Source of the DNA: an uncultured bacterium
GTDB lineage: Bacteria; Babelota; Babeliae; Babelales; RVW-14
Direction of reading: 5' to 3'
NCBI GenBank assembly: GCA_963759805.1
Contig: CAVXAT010000004.1
Span: 59,483-123,482 of the forward strand
Length of the DNA stretch: 64,000 nucleotides
Shown: positions 57,191 through 64,000 of the stretch, one piece after another
How the letters are laid out: each line of letters opens with the position of its first letter
How positions within the stretch are numbered: the first letter of the stretch is position 1
Notes under the pieces: generated by a model
The model's database searches: none
What the model was told of the DNA's origin: nothing
What the model saw: the letters and a program-made list of their open reading frames with translations, nothing else
Made by a program: the position numbers and the translations under genes

Positions 57191-57718
57191 ATGAATCGAC
57201 AAGAAAAAGAAAAGGTTATATCTTCGACCAAGGAACTTGTATCCAAATCGCAGGCTGTGTTTGTCGTTAACTATAAAGGCCTGAGTGTCGCTAAGATGCA
57301 AAATTTAAGAAATTGTATTCGTCAAAATGGTGGCCAGCTCAAGGTTATAAAATCATCATTGATGGATATAGCATCTAAGGATATAGATGGAGCTGAAGAG
57401 TTTAAGTCTAGTTTCAAAGATCAAATTGGCTTTGTTTTTGCAAAAGGTGATGTTTCTGCTGTAGCAAAGCAATTGATAGGCTTTTCAAAAGAAAATGACG
57501 CTTTAAAGGTTGTTACCGGTATTTTTGAGTCAAAAGTGTTGAATCCTTCTCAGATAGATATGATTGCATCATTGCCATCTAGAGAGGTTTTAATTGCTCA
57601 GGTACTGGGTACAATGCAGGCTCCAATTGCGTCATTTGTTAGAGTGCTTAACCAGGTTGTTGCTAGTTTGCCTCAAGTTCTCAAGCAAATTGAAGAAAAG
57701 AAGGCTAGCGGCAATTAA
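57191..57718 (+). CDS. rplJ: 50S ribosomal protein L10
   Basis: Position between rplA and rplL; AVFVVNYKGLSVAKMQNLR. Confidence 0.9.
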   Translation: MNRQEKEKVISSTKELVSKSQAVFVVNYKGLSVAKMQNLRNCIRQNGGQLKVIKSSLMDIASKDIDGAEEFKSSFKDQIGFVFAKGDVSAVAKQLIGFSKENDALKVVTGIFESKVLNPSQIDMIASLPSREVLIAQVLGTMQAPIASFVRVLNQVVASLPQVLKQIEEKKASGN

Positions 57719-57843
57719 GATTGTTTGATATGATAGTTGTATTAGTTATTAGGTTGGGGGTTGAATATCTGGTTTAAATTTGGGATTCACCTGAACATAA
57801 TAATTGTGATTTAAGTGTTTAATCTTGTAAGGGAGTTTTTCAC

Positions 57844-58221
57844 ATGTCATCTAAGATTGTAGAAGAAATAAGCAAAATGTCGGTTATGGAGTTGGCAGAA
57901 CTTGTTAAAACATTAGAAACAAAGTTTGGAGTATCTGCAGCAGCTCCTGTGGCAGCAGCATCCCCTGCAGCAGCCGCAGCGCCCGTAGCAGCAGCCGCTC
58001 AGGAAGAAAAGAGCGAGTTCAAAGTTACATTGAAAGATGCTGGCGCAGATAAAATTAAAGTTATTAAGGCTTTAAGATCTGTTACAACACTTGCCTTGGG
58101 CGCAGCAAAAGAAGCAGTTGAAAGCGCTCCATTTGTTGTGTCAGAGGCTGCTCCAAAAGAAGATGCTCAAAAAATTAAAAAAGCATTGGAAGAGGCTGGA
58201 GCCAAGGTAGAATTGGCCTAA
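57844..58221 (+). CDS. rplL: 50S ribosomal protein L7/L12
   Basis: Ala-rich hinge ([24 protein letters not shown]) and the C-domain [24 protein letters not shown]. Confidence 0.95.
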   Translation: MSSKIVEEISKMSVMELAELVKTLETKFGVSAAAPVAAASPAAAAAPVAAAAQEEKSEFKVTLKDAGADKIKVIKALRSVTTLALGAAKEAVESAPFVVSEAAPKEDAQKIKKALEEAGAKVELA

Positions 58222-58269
58222 TAATTGGGTTTAAATTCTTGGTTATTTTATTGGGTGAAATTTTTAAGT

Positions 58270-58309
58270 TAGATTCCGTCTGAAACCTAGTGTTTTGAGA
58301 CGGAGTCTA
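58270..58309 (+). promoter_or_regulatory. rplL-rpoB intergenic hairpin (attenuator/partial terminator candidate)
   Basis: tagattccgtct (58270-58281) pairs with agacggagtcta (58298-58309): 12 bp including one G-U, followed by atttcgttcttt. Confidence 0.5.
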
Positions 58310-58412
58310 ATTTCGTTCTTTATGGATTATAATGAGTTGGGCTTTAGCTAGCTTGTTAAGCGTTGGTGTATTGTTCGGTTGATTTGAACTTTTTACGAGT
58401 GGGAGCAAATTG

Positions 58413-64000
<5,588 letters not shown>

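Overview
AT-rich bacterial chromosomal window using the standard code (TAA, TAG and TGA all terminate ORFs).

Core block (about 48.9-64 kb): tdk, radA, glmS, rpsI, a tRNA cluster (Tyr, then Gly-Thr-Thr), rpmG, tRNA-Trp, secE-nusG-rplK-rplA-rplJ-rplL-rpoB-rpoC.

Accessory-looking remainder (0-48.9 kb):
- Many signal-peptide proteins, an autotransporter, a MOMP-like barrel and two C11 (clostripain-like) peptidases.
- An ankyrin-repeat protein and three consecutive membrane-anchored glycosyltransferases, one of the eukaryote-type GT34 family.
- A RelE/RHH toxin-antitoxin pair.
- Scattered housekeeping genes: ruvA, tamB-like, tal, leuS, tkt, murA.
- The gene content suggests a host-associated (amoeba-associated, Dependentiae/TM6-like) diderm. 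That placement is inference only.

Main findings:
1. A family of modular GC-rich structured repeats has at least six copies. Two sit in-frame inside tamB and tkt. One is nested inside a second, AT-rich palindromic repeat. The family shares GC-rich strings with the left end of an IS200-type element inserted in the tRNA cluster. Stems in both repeat families show compensatory base changes.
2. A surface-protein gene of about 7.2 kb is built from beta-helix plus 7-bladed propeller modules. It is split by an IS4/IS5-type IS with a 6-bp target duplication, and removing the IS in silico restores the frame. A single-module paralog lies next to it.
3. RpoB carries a Cys-rich insertion resembling a zinc ribbon.

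Caveat: several ORFs, including rpoB and rpoC, are broken by single-base frameshifts, mostly at short homopolymers. Sequence quality should be checked before any of these is called a pseudogene.
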